50,194 nucleotides of DNA, taken from contig CAINWJ010000010.1 of assembly GCA_903854455.1 (NCBI GenBank), forward strand, positions 1-50,194. Direction: 5' to 3'. This DNA comes from Candidatus Peribacteria bacterium (GTDB taxonomy: Bacteria; Patescibacteriota; Gracilibacteria; Peribacterales; Peribacteraceae). The notes below the pieces were generated by a model, which did no database searches, had not been told where the DNA came from, and saw only the letters and a list, made by a program, of their open reading frames with translations. The position numbers and the translations under genes are program-made. This document shows positions 17,772-25,878 of this stretch, in pieces (position 1 is the first letter of the stretch; every line of letters starts with the position of its first letter).

Positions 17772-18223
17772 TCTCTTACCTCCTCTGTCACAACAATCCC
17801 TCGTTCTCTTGCGATACGCAATACTTCGTCTAGAACATGTCGTGTTACACAATGATGCCTATCGGTATGGTGTTCTTGGTTCTGAGCATCAACATGTATG
17901 TGTAAGTATTCTTCATCGGCTGACTCTTCTTCCTGCGAAATGGAGAAGTAGCGTGTTTCTGCTGTTGGCGATCGATCGTTTCGCACGGTGCTACTGGGAA
18001 CACTTTGAATACATTCAGGGTTGGCATCGCTTACAAGAAATATTTTTTTGAGGAGCAGGGCAACAGACTCTTTTATGCTTAGGACTGCCTCATCGGAGCC
18101 AATTAATCCATATCCAATCGTGATAATGGTCAAGCCATGAGCTCTCTCTGCGACTATTCCAGGGACGTTTGATTGCATAGGATATGCGAGTGTGGTTGCA
18201 TTTTTTGTTGTAGCCAACACCAC
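17768..18223 (-). CDS. hypothetical protein (151 aa), no motif recognised
   Basis: It is the only sizeable ORF in the 17.8-18.2 kb gap and is convergent with P8. No family recognised, and the true start is uncertain. Confidence 0.35.
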   Translation of the reverse strand: MVLATTKNATTLAYPMQSNVPGIVAERAHGLTIITIGYGLIGSDEAVLSIKESVALLLKKIFLVSDANPECIQSVPSSTVRNDRSPTAETRYFSISQEEESADEEYLHIHVDAQNQEHHTDRHHCVTRHVLDEVLRIARERGIVVTEEVRD

Positions 18224-18234
18224 ACCACTGTCGC

Positions 18235-18240
18235 TATAAT
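18235..18240 (+). promoter_or_regulatory. -10 TATAAT 6 nt upstream of the trmB-like copy 3 start (possible leaderless transcript)
   Basis: tcgcTATAATgactacATG. Confidence 0.3.
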
Positions 18241-18246
18241 GACTAC

Positions 18247-19005
18247 ATGTCCGCCTCCCTCTTCGAAGAACTGGGTCTGAGCCCCAACGAAGCCAAGATC
18301 TACGACACGCTCATCACGTACGGCGGATCGGGGGTTTCGACGATCGCGCTGCGGGCAAAAGTGCATCGCAGCAACGCCTACGACGCACTCCGACGGCTCA
18401 TCGAGAAAGGGATGGTTCACGAGGTATTGGGGCAGCGGGAGACCATCTACGAACCCGTGGATCCGGTGAAGTTCAAGGAGCTACTGGCCGAGAAGATGCA
18501 GAAGTTCGAGGATGCGCTGCCGCAGATGGCACGGCACTTCCTCTCGCACCGGACAGCCGAGCGAGTCTCGGTCTACCGCGGGCTCGAGGGTGTCAAGAAC
18601 TACATGCGATTGGCGCTTCAGACCGGCGAAGACATCTTTACTCTTGGCGGGAAGTGCGCATGGCTGGATCCTCGTCTGAAATCATTCACGGAACATTTCT
18701 CGAAGGAGATGCGCAAGCGGAAAATGCAGAAACTGAGCCTCTTCGATGTGTCAGTGAAGGATCAGTGCCCCGCATCGATGCTACGAACCGTGGCCACGCA
18801 GTGGAAGTTTTTGCCGGAAGGGCATGCCACGCACTCCGCGGTTGATGTGTTTGGTGGGTACGTGGTGACGTTTACCGGAATGGATGTGCAGAAGCTTGGC
18901 GATGATCTGACACTGTTCGTGCTTGCAAGCGAGGATTTGGCGGAGGACTTCCGTGCGTGGTGGAATCTTATTTGGGATTTGATGCCGGGCAAAGCCAGGA
19001 AGTGA
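18247..19005 (+). CDS. TrmB-family winged-HTH transcriptional regulator (copy 3)
   Basis: MSASLFEELGLSPNEAKIYDTLITYGGSGVSTIALRAKVHRSNAYDALRRLIEKGMV. Confidence 0.8.
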   Translation: MSASLFEELGLSPNEAKIYDTLITYGGSGVSTIALRAKVHRSNAYDALRRLIEKGMVHEVLGQRETIYEPVDPVKFKELLAEKMQKFEDALPQMARHFLSHRTAERVSVYRGLEGVKNYMRLALQTGEDIFTLGGKCAWLDPRLKSFTEHFSKEMRKRKMQKLSLFDVSVKDQCPASMLRTVATQWKFLPEGHATHSAVDVFGGYVVTFTGMDVQKLGDDLTLFVLASEDLAEDFRAWWNLIWDLMPGKARK

Positions 19006-19126
19006 TCGTTGAATGGGTTGCTTGCGGGTCGTCAGGCACGTTCTTGAGGCATTAAAAAACCCCATGGAAAAATCCCTCATTCTCCGCTATAATTAGCTAT
19101 CAGGGCTACTATTTCCCTGATCATGC

Positions 19127-21370
19127 ATGGCCAATGATCTTCGCTACTTTCACGTGGTGGTGCCGCAAGGCACGGAGGGGAATACAAAGCTGGAATCCAA
19201 GTTCCAGGAACTGCTCATAAACATGCGCAATACGTTTACCGGCAAGCGCGTGTCGCTGGAGTTCTTCGGGATGGGTCAGTACACGTACTTCTTCATCGTC
19301 GTGGAGGAGAAATTGCTGGAAACCGTGGAAGGGCTTGTCTACGCCTCGTTTCCGGATGCTGAGGTGAAGGAAACGCAGGACTACACATTGCAGTACGATC
19401 CCGCGCACCTGGGGTTTGCGGGTGCCACTGTCACACTCCATCACTCGGACATCTATCCCATCAAGACGTACGACATGTTCGAGGAAGATTCCGCGACGCG
19501 CATCTTCTCCGTTATTTCCAAGATTCCATCCGGTGATCAGGTCTGGGTCCAGATGATCGCGGAGCCGCAGGATGATACGGCGCTCTACCACCTCATCCGG
19601 AAGTTCAGGATCCGTGTTGCCGACTTCATGCACTTCTTCTCCATCCGCGACCGGATGCGACCGGGCGGCAGGGCGAGCATCCAGCCGGTCCGTCACAAGC
19701 GGGCGCATGAGAAGATGGAGATCAAGCCGTACACGGTGAGTATCCGCTGCGCCTACCTGAGTCCGGACAAAGCTTCCGCAAGCCGCAAACTGGCAGCGGT
19801 CACGAGCAGCTTCTCGCAGTTCAATGATCGCGACATCAACGAATTTCATGGTCACGAAACCAAGAATCCCGCCAAGTTCGTGGCGCAGTATCGTTCCCGC
19901 AAACATGCAACGTCGTACGTTCTGAGTGCCAAGGAAGTCGCAACCCTCTACCACTTCCCGAACGCGGACGTCGTGCCGCACATCGTGCACGTGCTCGCCC
20001 GCAAGTCCGAGCCGCCACAGGATTTGCCGAAGGCCGGGGAGGAGGATGTCAGTCCGTTCGGTGTCACGAACTACCACAACAACTTCGTTCCCTTCGGCAT
20101 CCGCCGCGCGGACCGCCGGCGCCATCTCTACGTCGTCGGGAAGTCCGGTTCCGGTAAAAGTAAATTGCTGGAACTGCTGATCAACGAGGATCTCAAGAAC
20201 AACGAGGGTATCGCCGTCATCGATCCGCACGGCGACCTGATCGACGCATGTCTTCGGTACGTGCCGCAGCACCGCATCAACGATGTCGTCATCTTAGATC
20301 CGAGCGACACCGAGTTCCCGATCGCCTTCAATCCACTGGAGAAAGTCGAAGACGCGTACAAGATGCAGGTGACCATCGGGTTCCTGCAGATCTTCAAGAA
20401 ACTCTTCGGCAGCAACTGGTCCGATCGTCTGGAGCACGTGCTCCGCTACACGACGCTCGCTCTCCTCGACAGTCCGAACACCACCGTGCTCTCGATTCTC
20501 AAAATGCTCACGGACAAGAACTACCGCCAGAAGATCGTCTCACGCATCAATGACTCCGTCGTGAAGAGTTTCTGGGTCAGTGAATTCGCCGCCTGGAGTG
20601 AGAAGTTCGATGCCGATGCCATCACGCCGCTGCTCAACAAGGTCGGCCAATTCGTCGCGACGAACATGATCCGCAACATGATCGGGCAGCCGGTGACCAA
20701 GTTCAACATCCGCGACATCATGGACAAGAAGAAGATCCTGCTCATGAAAGTGTCCAAGGGTTTGCTCGGCGAAGAAAACTCATCGCTCATCGGTGCGATG
20801 TTCATCACGAAGCTGTATCAGGCGGCCATGAGTAGAGCCGATACGCCGGAGGACCAGCGCACGGACTTCTACCTGTACGTCGACGAGTTCCAGAACTTCG
20901 CGACCGACACGTTCACGGAAATTCTCTCCGAGGCGCGCAAGTACCGCTTGAACCTCACTATCGCGCACCAGTACATGGGTCAGCTTAGTGACGTCGTTCG
21001 CAAGACGGTGTTCGGCAACGTCGGTTCCATGATCAACTTCCGCGTCGGCGCGGAGGACGCAGACATCCTGGCAGAGGAGTATAACCCGATCTTCAAGGAA
21101 CGCGACATCATCAACCTCGGCATTCGCGAGTTCTACCTCAAGATGTCCGTGAGCGGTGAACTGCGCGAGGCATTCTCCGGCAGAACGCTGGATGCACCAC
21201 GACCGAAGGCAGACTGGACGCAGGCGTGCATCGAGCAGTCGCGACGGAAGTACTGCATGCCGAAGGCGGACGTCGAGACGATGCTCAAGCAGTGGGATGA
21301 AGCGGCGAGCGCACCGCCGAAGGAGGATGAGATGGATCCGGAGCAGGTGTTCGAGGAGCCGATTATTTAG
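19127..21370 (+). CDS. TraD/VirD4/TraG-like P-loop ATPase (type IV coupling-protein-like) with an uncharacterised ~330-aa N-terminal domain and no TM segment seen
   Basis: Walker A YVVGKSGSGKSKLLELLI and Walker B-like FYLYVDEFQNFAT, followed by LTIAHQYMGQL. This motif order is typical of coupling-protein/TraD-like ATPases. Confidence 0.75.
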   Translation: MANDLRYFHVVVPQGTEGNTKLESKFQELLINMRNTFTGKRVSLEFFGMGQYTYFFIVVEEKLLETVEGLVYASFPDAEVKETQDYTLQYDPAHLGFAGATVTLHHSDIYPIKTYDMFEEDSATRIFSVISKIPSGDQVWVQMIAEPQDDTALYHLIRKFRIRVADFMHFFSIRDRMRPGGRASIQPVRHKRAHEKMEIKPYTVSIRCAYLSPDKASASRKLAAVTSSFSQFNDRDINEFHGHETKNPAKFVAQYRSRKHATSYVLSAKEVATLYHFPNADVVPHIVHVLARKSEPPQDLPKAGEEDVSPFGVTNYHNNFVPFGIRRADRRRHLYVVGKSGSGKSKLLELLINEDLKNNEGIAVIDPHGDLIDACLRYVPQHRINDVVILDPSDTEFPIAFNPLEKVEDAYKMQVTIGFLQIFKKLFGSNWSDRLEHVLRYTTLALLDSPNTTVLSILKMLTDKNYRQKIVSRINDSVVKSFWVSEFAAWSEKFDADAITPLLNKVGQFVATNMIRNMIGQPVTKFNIRDIMDKKKILLMKVSKGLLGEENSSLIGAMFITKLYQAAMSRADTPEDQRTDFYLYVDEFQNFATDTFTEILSEARKYRLNLTIAHQYMGQLSDVVRKTVFGNVGSMINFRVGAEDADILAEEYNPIFKERDIINLGIREFYLKMSVSGELREAFSGRTLDAPRPKADWTQACIEQSRRKYCMPKADVETMLKQWDEAASAPPKEDEMDPEQVFEEPII

Positions 21371-21486
21371 GGAGCGATCATCCCCCTTCGCTAAAGCTTC
21401 GGGGGACAGGGCGGTCAGCGAACTGCGATCAGATGAAGGTCTGATTTTTCTTGTGCTAGCATGATGCCGCTTCAGTGAGCTTCTTC

Positions 21487-23022
21487 ATGCCATTCAATTC
21501 ATTCTCATACCTCCTCGTTTTCCTGCCCGTGGCATGCGGAGGATTTTGGATTTTTCGCTCCAGAGGAATCTCCAATCAATGGATGCTGATCTGGCTTTGC
21601 TGCTGCTCGCTCTTCTTCTCTCTGCAGGTCGGCATGGGAGCAGTTTTGGTACTCCTGCTTTCGATTGTCATCCAATGGTTCCTTCTGCAGCGCATTGCCC
21701 GAAGCGGTACTTGGATGCGACGAGTCTGGTTTGTCACGGGTCTCATTCTGGTGATTGGTCTGCTTGCCCTCGTGAAATATGTCGATTTTCTTGCTCCGAC
21801 AGTGGGTGCAGTCATCACTCCGTGGCGGAGGATGCTTGTGCCACTCGGGATTTCCTTCATCTCGTTCCAGCAGATCGCGTGGCTCGTTGATCTGTACCGT
21901 GGAACCATCGCTTCGGCGCCCACATTCTTTTCGTACCTTGCCCACATCACGTTCTTTCCGTCGATCGCTGCAGGTCCCATCTCCCGTCCGGGCGAGCTGT
22001 CAGATCAGCTGTTCCGGCTTACGAAGCGAGTTTCCGCCCGTGAGGCATGTGTGGGATTTTTCCTGGTTCTCCTCGGGACGGCGCAGAAAGTTCTGATCGC
22101 AGACACGCTGATCTCGCTCACGGTTCCGGTTGCAGAGGCGGTGGGGCGTGGTGTGCATCTGAGTTTTCTGGAGGCATGGGGAACGACCATTTCCTACGCT
22201 CTGGGGCTCTTGTTTGATTTCTCCGGGTACACCGATGTCGCCATCGGTTCAGCTCTGCTGATCGGCATCCGGTTGCCGGTAAACTTCGATGCGCCGTACC
22301 GCTCCAAGAGCATTGTGGAGTTTTGGCGGCGTTGGCATATCACACTCTCATCGTTCATTCGCGACTACCTCTACATTCCACTGGGTGGAAACCGTTACGG
22401 GAAGATCCGGCAGTATACCGCACTGCTGATTGCCATGACGCTTGCCGGTCTGTGGCACGGAGCGGGATGGACGTTCATTTGTTGGGGATGGCTCCATGGG
22501 ATGCTGCTCGTCATCAACCATGGCTGGAGAGGAATGCGCAGTCGTGTGCTACCTTCATCGTGGATCACTGCTGGTTGGTATGCGGGCATCGCACGTTTGC
22601 TGACACTCTTCTGTCTCCTTGGCACTTGGCCATTCTTCTTCGCTCCATCCATGGGCGCAGCGCTCTCGATCGTGCGATCGATGGTTGCCGTTTCAGGCAT
22701 CGCACTGCCACGACAGATGGCATCATTCCTCGGTGGGATCGGATCAGGATTTCTGTCATTCACATTGCAGAATCAGCTCGTGGTATCGCTTAGTCAGTGG
22801 GTGAGTGTCGGAGCGGTCATCGTCATCGCGCTCTTCATCGCTGCTTTCGTTCCAAGCACCACTTCCTTGTTTCAGAAGTGGCTCACTCTTCATTCAGATC
22901 AAGAGCAGGTTGCTCTTCCCTTGCGCCCGTTCCATGCGATCTTCTTCGCACTTCTCACTGTTGGTACGTTTACCATGCTGCTGCTTCATGGTAGTCCACA
23001 ATTCTTGTACTTCACCTTCTGA
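21487..23022 (+). CDS. MBOAT-family membrane O-acyltransferase (AlgI/DltB-like)
   Basis: Polytopic protein with WRRWHITLSSFIRDYLYIPLGGNR, the conserved His-containing MBOAT motif. I use the ATG at 21487 (MPFNSFSYLLVFLP), four codons inside the ORF-track GTG start. Confidence 0.88.
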   Translation: MPFNSFSYLLVFLPVACGGFWIFRSRGISNQWMLIWLCCCSLFFSLQVGMGAVLVLLLSIVIQWFLLQRIARSGTWMRRVWFVTGLILVIGLLALVKYVDFLAPTVGAVITPWRRMLVPLGISFISFQQIAWLVDLYRGTIASAPTFFSYLAHITFFPSIAAGPISRPGELSDQLFRLTKRVSAREACVGFFLVLLGTAQKVLIADTLISLTVPVAEAVGRGVHLSFLEAWGTTISYALGLLFDFSGYTDVAIGSALLIGIRLPVNFDAPYRSKSIVEFWRRWHITLSSFIRDYLYIPLGGNRYGKIRQYTALLIAMTLAGLWHGAGWTFICWGWLHGMLLVINHGWRGMRSRVLPSSWITAGWYAGIARLLTLFCLLGTWPFFFAPSMGAALSIVRSMVAVSGIALPRQMASFLGGIGSGFLSFTLQNQLVVSLSQWVSVGAVIVIALFIAAFVPSTTSLFQKWLTLHSDQEQVALPLRPFHAIFFALLTVGTFTMLLLHGSPQFLYFTF

Positions 23023-24212
23023 TGTACCGACGATTTTTCCTCATCTACGGCGTTACGGTTCTCATTTTGTTGCTGCCACTCGGGTTCAATATGGTTTTCC
23101 TTTGGCGTGCGGGGGAACTGCTGTCACTCAAGCGCGTTGTCGAATTACAGCAGCGCGATGGACTGTTCTGCATCTACGGCCAAGCATCATCGGATGGTAC
23201 GGTATCCTACCGTTTCGCTTCCTACGAAAGAGTTCGACCGGAGATTATCGCCGTTGGATCGTCCCGGGCGATGCAGCTTAGGCAATCCTTCTTCACCCGT
23301 CCCTTCCTCAATCTCGGTGGCACCGTCCGGTCGACAGCGTCATTTCAGCCGCTGCTTGAACGATTGTTCAAAGTCCATCGTCCGTCGGTCATGATCCTCG
23401 CACTGGATCCCTGGTGGTTCGGTAGCGATTACTCGGCGTTCTATGCACAGGCGTTTCCTGGGGAAGAGAGCAGCATTTCGCTTCGGTCGATGCTGCTTCC
23501 TCTGCAGTGGATGCTCGCCGGCAATCTTTCGTTCCACCGGTACATTGCGACTCTTGTGCATGGGTGGGAAGGAGAGAATCCTTGTCGGATTGGTGTCGCT
23601 GCACGGGAACGCGGTGACGGCTTCGGTCCCGACGGTGCACGTCTCTACACATCGACCGTGACGCGTCAAAAGAGTGTACAGTCCGGATGGTCATTCCAGA
23701 ATATGGTTGCGTTGGCAGAGAGAGGGGATGGGATTTTTGGCTCACGTCAAACGTTGTCGGAGGATGCGGTTGCAAATCTTCTCCAGGCAATTCGTTATGC
23801 AGAAGCACAGGGTGTACATGTCGCAGTCATCGTTCCGCCCATCGCTCCTCGGGTGTACACGGCACTCCAGAAAATGCCGAACGCTCTCCGGTACGTCGAT
23901 CTCCTCATCGCCCGCCTGAAGGAGGAGCGGATTCAGCTGGTCGATGGATATGATCCGACATCACTCGATGCATCCTCGTGCGAGTTTTTCGACGGACAGC
24001 ATGGAGGAGACATCATTTCCGCCCGTCTCCTGAAGCGGCTCGGTGCCATCAGTACGGATGATGTCATTGTCCGTTCAGTTGATCGGGCCAACCTTACTCA
24101 GATTGTTCGTACATTGAGCGGCTCCGCCATCATTCCTAATGCGCGTGTGACAACCGTTCCGGAAACCGATTTTCTGGGGATAGGGTGTCAAAAAAAGAAT
24201 CCGCGACTGTGA
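23022..24212 (+). CDS. membrane-anchored DltD/AlgJ-like partner of the MBOAT (putative SGNH-type acyl transfer protein)
   Basis: The start overlaps the MBOAT stop (TGATG). There is an N-terminal TM segment (FFLIYGVTVLILLLPLGF), a GSS motif (IAVGSSRAMQL) and a distal D..H (FFDGQHGGD). Confidence 0.55.
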   Translation: MYRRFFLIYGVTVLILLLPLGFNMVFLWRAGELLSLKRVVELQQRDGLFCIYGQASSDGTVSYRFASYERVRPEIIAVGSSRAMQLRQSFFTRPFLNLGGTVRSTASFQPLLERLFKVHRPSVMILALDPWWFGSDYSAFYAQAFPGEESSISLRSMLLPLQWMLAGNLSFHRYIATLVHGWEGENPCRIGVAARERGDGFGPDGARLYTSTVTRQKSVQSGWSFQNMVALAERGDGIFGSRQTLSEDAVANLLQAIRYAEAQGVHVAVIVPPIAPRVYTALQKMPNALRYVDLLIARLKEERIQLVDGYDPTSLDASSCEFFDGQHGGDIISARLLKRLGAISTDDVIVRSVDRANLTQIVRTLSGSAIIPNARVTTVPETDFLGIGCQKKNPRL

Positions 24213-24296
24213 CATTGGAAATAGTTCCCTCTATTCAACGGCAGTAGGACTTCAGTGGTATAGTACTTCCTTCTGAAGGTATATGTTTCTTAGAAT

Positions 24297-24971
24297 GTGG
24301 AGTATGGTGTTGTCATTCTTTCCAGAGACATTCTTTATCGGCTCTATGTCCTGCAAGGCAAATCAATGCAAGACATCGCGCATAAATTCGACTGTTCCGT
24401 GCATGCCGTGCAGTACTGGATGCAGCGGCACGACATCGCCCGTCGTTCCATCAGCGATGCCGTCTACCGAAAACACCATCCAAAGGGTGATCCATTCCGG
24501 TTCGTGGCGCCAAAAACACATGAGGACAGGATTCTTTTTGGGCTGGGAGTCGGTTTGTACTGGGGCGAGGGAACGAAGGCCAGCAAGCATGCGGTTCGTT
24601 TGGGCAATACAGACCCCGCTCTCATCGAATGTTTCATGGATTTTCTCGTCAGATTCTTTTCTATCAAGCGTAAGGATTTCCGCTTCGGATTGCAGATTTT
24701 TACAGATGTGCCTGCTCAGGACGCTTTGGCGTATTGGATATCAGCGCTCGACATTCAGAAGACCCAGTTCTATAAAGTCACTGTCACAAAATCAGGTTCT
24801 CTGGGAACGTACCGTAAGAAAAGCAGATTTGGAGTTCTGACCGTTTACTATCATAATACGAAGGTCAGAGATATCCTCGTACGTCTTTGCCGCCGTAGCT
24901 CAGGGGTAGAGCATTTCCATGGTAAGGAAAGGGTCACCGGTTCAAATCCGGTCGGCGGCTCCACACATTGA
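24297..24971 (+). CDS. HTH plus LAGLIDADG-like protein (homing-endonuclease-related); the reading frame runs into the tRNA-Thr gene
   Basis: N-terminal HTH-like LYVLQGKSMQDIAHKFDCSVHAVQYWMQRHDI, then ILFGLGVGLYWGEGTK resembling the LAGLIDADG motif (..G..DGEG.). The last ~27 codons (CRRSSGVEHFHGKERVTGSNPVGGSTH) translate the tRNA sequence. The start (GTG at 24297) is uncertain. Confidence 0.6.
   Translation: MEYGVVILSRDILYRLYVLQGKSMQDIAHKFDCSVHAVQYWMQRHDIARRSISDAVYRKHHPKGDPFRFVAPKTHEDRILFGLGVGLYWGEGTKASKHAVRLGNTDPALIECFMDFLVRFFSIKRKDFRFGLQIFTDVPAQDALAYWISALDIQKTQFYKVTVTKSGSLGTYRKKSRFGVLTVYYHNTKVRDILVRLCRRSSGVEHFHGKERVTGSNPVGGSTH
24889..24963 (+). tRNA. tRNA-Thr (anticodon GGU), CCA encoded
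   Basis: Manual fold. Acceptor GCCGCCG/CGGCGGC, D arm GCTC-AGGGGTA-GAGC, anticodon stem TTTCC/GGAAA with loop AT-GGT-AA, variable GGGTC, T arm ACCGG-TTCAAAT-CCGGT, discriminator T, CCA. Confidence 0.9.
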
Positions 24972-25003
24972 CAATAGTGTGAAATTGAGTACATTAGTGG
25001 ACT

Positions 25004-25240
25004 ATGCAATTAAACGAACAGGCATGGCTTGTGCCAGACAGGGGAGAAATTCCTAACAGAAATCATGAAACCATAGATCGGCAAGAGTGGAGGGAATTTG
25101 AGGAGCATCAGGAGCTTTGCCATAAAAAAGCCGTGCGTGTTGCATGGGCAGAGCGTGGTCGAAAAGTTTCAATATGCTTGGGAAAACCTGAGCATGAATT
25201 AACGCTATTCGAATTACTGTATACACAAACAGAGATCTAA
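25004..25240 (+). CDS. small hypothetical protein (78 aa)
   Basis: ORF in the AT-richer stretch downstream of the tRNA. No motif recognised. Confidence 0.3.
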   Translation: MQLNEQAWLVPDRGEIPNRNHETIDRQEWREFEEHQELCHKKAVRVAWAERGRKVSICLGKPEHELTLFELLYTQTEI

Positions 25241-25346
25241 TTTCTCGATCTTGCTGAAATGATTGGACAAGTTCTCTGAGACAAAAAACTCATATTGAGA
25301 TCCTAACTTCCTTCACGAGAGAGCTCCACATAGGTTGCCATCAATT

Positions 25347-25757
25347 TCAATTCTCAACTTCCACAGTCTGGATCCAATCCTGTACGGGTTTCTTTTGCCA
25401 CTTTCTGATCGCGTTCTTGAGTGTATGGAGACAAAGGAGAGCGCATTTGATCCGACGGGGACCGACCGGCACACCGAGCATTCTCCGGATATCGTCCGGC
25501 GTGAGAGCTGCTGTCTGATCGGTTGTCTTGCCAGCCAATTCCTCGGAGAGCATCGACATCGCAGCCTGGCTGATGGCGCAGCCGGTGCCCTGCCAGCGGA
25601 TATCGGCGATTTTGCCATCCGTGATCCGGAGCTCGATCGTCAGATCATCGCCACAGCTTAGGTTCTCCTCGCGATGGGTCACGGTTGCCTTCTTGAGCAC
25701 TCCCGCATTGCGTGGGTGTTTGTAGTGGTCGAGGACGTTTTCTGCATAGAGATCCAT
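25347..25757 (-). CDS. sufU: SufU/IscU-like Fe-S cluster assembly scaffold or sulfur acceptor
   Basis: LYAENVLDHYKHPRN...ENLSCGDDLTIEL...IRWQGTGCAISQAAMSMLSE...RIKCALL. The three conserved Cys and the family pattern are present. Confidence 0.88.
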   Translation of the reverse strand: MDLYAENVLDHYKHPRNAGVLKKATVTHREENLSCGDDLTIELRITDGKIADIRWQGTGCAISQAAMSMLSEELAGKTTDQTAALTPDDIRRMLGVPVGPRRIKCALLCLHTLKNAIRKWQKKPVQDWIQTVEVEN

Positions 25758-25789
25758 GCGTGAGTTGGAGGAAGTTTCCAGTTGATCAG

Positions 25790-25878
25790 ATGAATGGCTA
25801 AATGGCTAAATAGTTAAATTGCTACATGTATCTACAATATCTTTTTCATTGCTAACCATTTAGCCATTTAACAATTTC
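25790..25878. repeat. inverted arrays of the octamer AATGGYTA between sufU and sufS
   Basis: Left arm tgAATGGCTAAATGGCTAAATAGTTAAATTGC at 25790-25821. Right arm GCTAACCATTTAGCCATTTAACAATTTC at 25851-25878, which overlaps the sufS stop. Confidence 0.7.

Noticed and set aside
19121-20272. 383-aa minus-strand ORF overlapping the TraD-like gene.
   Set aside because: The plus-strand frame carries Walker A/B and the coupling-protein motif order. The antisense ORF has no recognisable features.
19127-21370. Conjugative or integrative element suggested by the TraD-like ATPase.
   Set aside because: No relaxase, VirB4, integrase, oriT-like features or flanking direct repeats were seen. A single ATPase is insufficient evidence.
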